Source of the DNA: Camelus ferus
Lineage: Eukaryota
Assembly: GCF_009834535.1 (NCBI RefSeq)
Contig: NC_045696.1
Span: forward strand, 22,384,001-22,448,000
Reading direction: 5' to 3'
Length of the DNA stretch: 64,000 nt
Shown: piece by piece, positions 63,067-64,000 of the stretch
How positions within the stretch are numbered: the first letter of the stretch is position 1
How the letters are laid out: the number at the start of each line of letters is the position of its first letter
Made by a program: the position numbers and the translations under genes
Notes under the pieces: model-generated
Database searches by the model: none
Told to the model about the DNA's origin: nothing
The model's input: the letters and a program-made list of their open reading frames with translations, nothing else

Positions 63067-63479
63067 ATCCTTGAGGAAGATGCTGATGAACTAATCTTTG
63101 CTCAGATATCCACCTTGAACCAATGAAGTGGGGACAACAGTGATGAGGCCAGGCTCCAGGACATGATAGCTTCCTGTAGCCATAGTCATGTTGGGGTGCA
63201 CGCGCACGCATGTGTGTATGTGTATACGGGAGCAGGAATGTTCATGAAGAAATCCAAGATAACAGTGCTGGACGGATCATTTAATAGATGCCCATTAAAT
63301 TTTATTTCCTTCCTTATCCACCTACTATGCTTTGCTATTTTGGATTCTTTCATTCTTTTAACTCCAGCTCTTCCTACTTTCTCACACTGGGTTGGTGTCT
63401 GTTGCCCTCACCATACCAGTGTCTCTGGTATCCTCCATGACACCACTTGGACCAGTGTCCAAGGCACTGACCCTGAGGG

Positions 63480-64000
63480 TACCAAAATATTGTGAGAAAA
63501 AATTTAATAGAAACTTTGGGAGACTTAATAGAAAATTTAATACAAACATTGGGAGATAAAGATGAGAAATTAAACAGAAAATAGAACAAAGCTAAAAGGA
63601 TGCATAATTTGAAAGGCAAACAAACAAACAAAGAAACCCCCCAAAACCCCAACAAATCAGAAACCTGGAATTCCAGAAAGAAAGGTCAAAGAGAATGGAA
63701 TGGAGAACATTGTTAGAAAAAAAATACAAGGTGATTTCTCAGAGCTGAAACTTGCAGTTAAAGACTGCACTGAGTTCTCTTAACACAATGAATGAAGACA
63801 CATCCCTAGACACATCATTGTGAAAATGCAAATTACTAAGGGTAAAGAGAAGACTCTAAATTCTTTCTTGAGAAAAAAGCATGACCTACAGACAGATGAC
63901 AAGTCTGGGATCACATCTTCCATCAACAATGTTGAATGTTAGAAGACAGTGAAGAAATAGCTTCAAAGTTCTAATGAATAATGTCATAAAAATCATAAAA
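63480..64000 (+). mobile_element. Ancient L1M ORF1 remnant
   Basis: GGAATTCCAGAAAG.AA...GAGAATGG, CCCTAGACACATCATTGTGAAAAT, AGAAGACAGTG. Confidence 0.65.

Noticed and set aside
1..64000. CRISPR arrays, operons or prokaryotic defence systems
   Set aside because: The sequence is mammalian; there are no regularly spaced direct repeats or gene-dense organisation.

Overview
Mammalian, gene-poor and repeat-dense DNA, intronic or intergenic. The tRNA-derived SINE (resembling the camelid Vic-1 family) and the young L1 3' ends suggest a camelid genome; this is inference from remembered repeat consensus sequences, not a database search. I found no intact protein-coding gene, and nearly all ORFs in the track are L1/ERVL remnants or chance ORFs. 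Recognisable non-TE items are a 5'-truncated processed pseudogene of RTRAF (C14orf166) at ~56.1-56.55 kb and a full-length U6 snRNA copy fused to an L1 3' end (U6/L1 chimera, 18-bp TSD) at ~35.5-35.7 kb. The window shows many L1-machinery products: TSD-bounded insertions, nested insertions, a twin-priming inversion and a 3' transduction. The most unusual object is a ~1.08-kb mosaic at 32.7-33.8 kb. It is headed by a SINE, built from L1 fragments, uniformly AT-to-GC hyper-diverged and carries a fresh poly(A), so it may be a composite retroposon or a retrocopy from a hypermutable source locus. I cannot support any novel multi-gene system. Repeat subfamily names are by-eye recognitions, and boundaries without TSDs are approximate.
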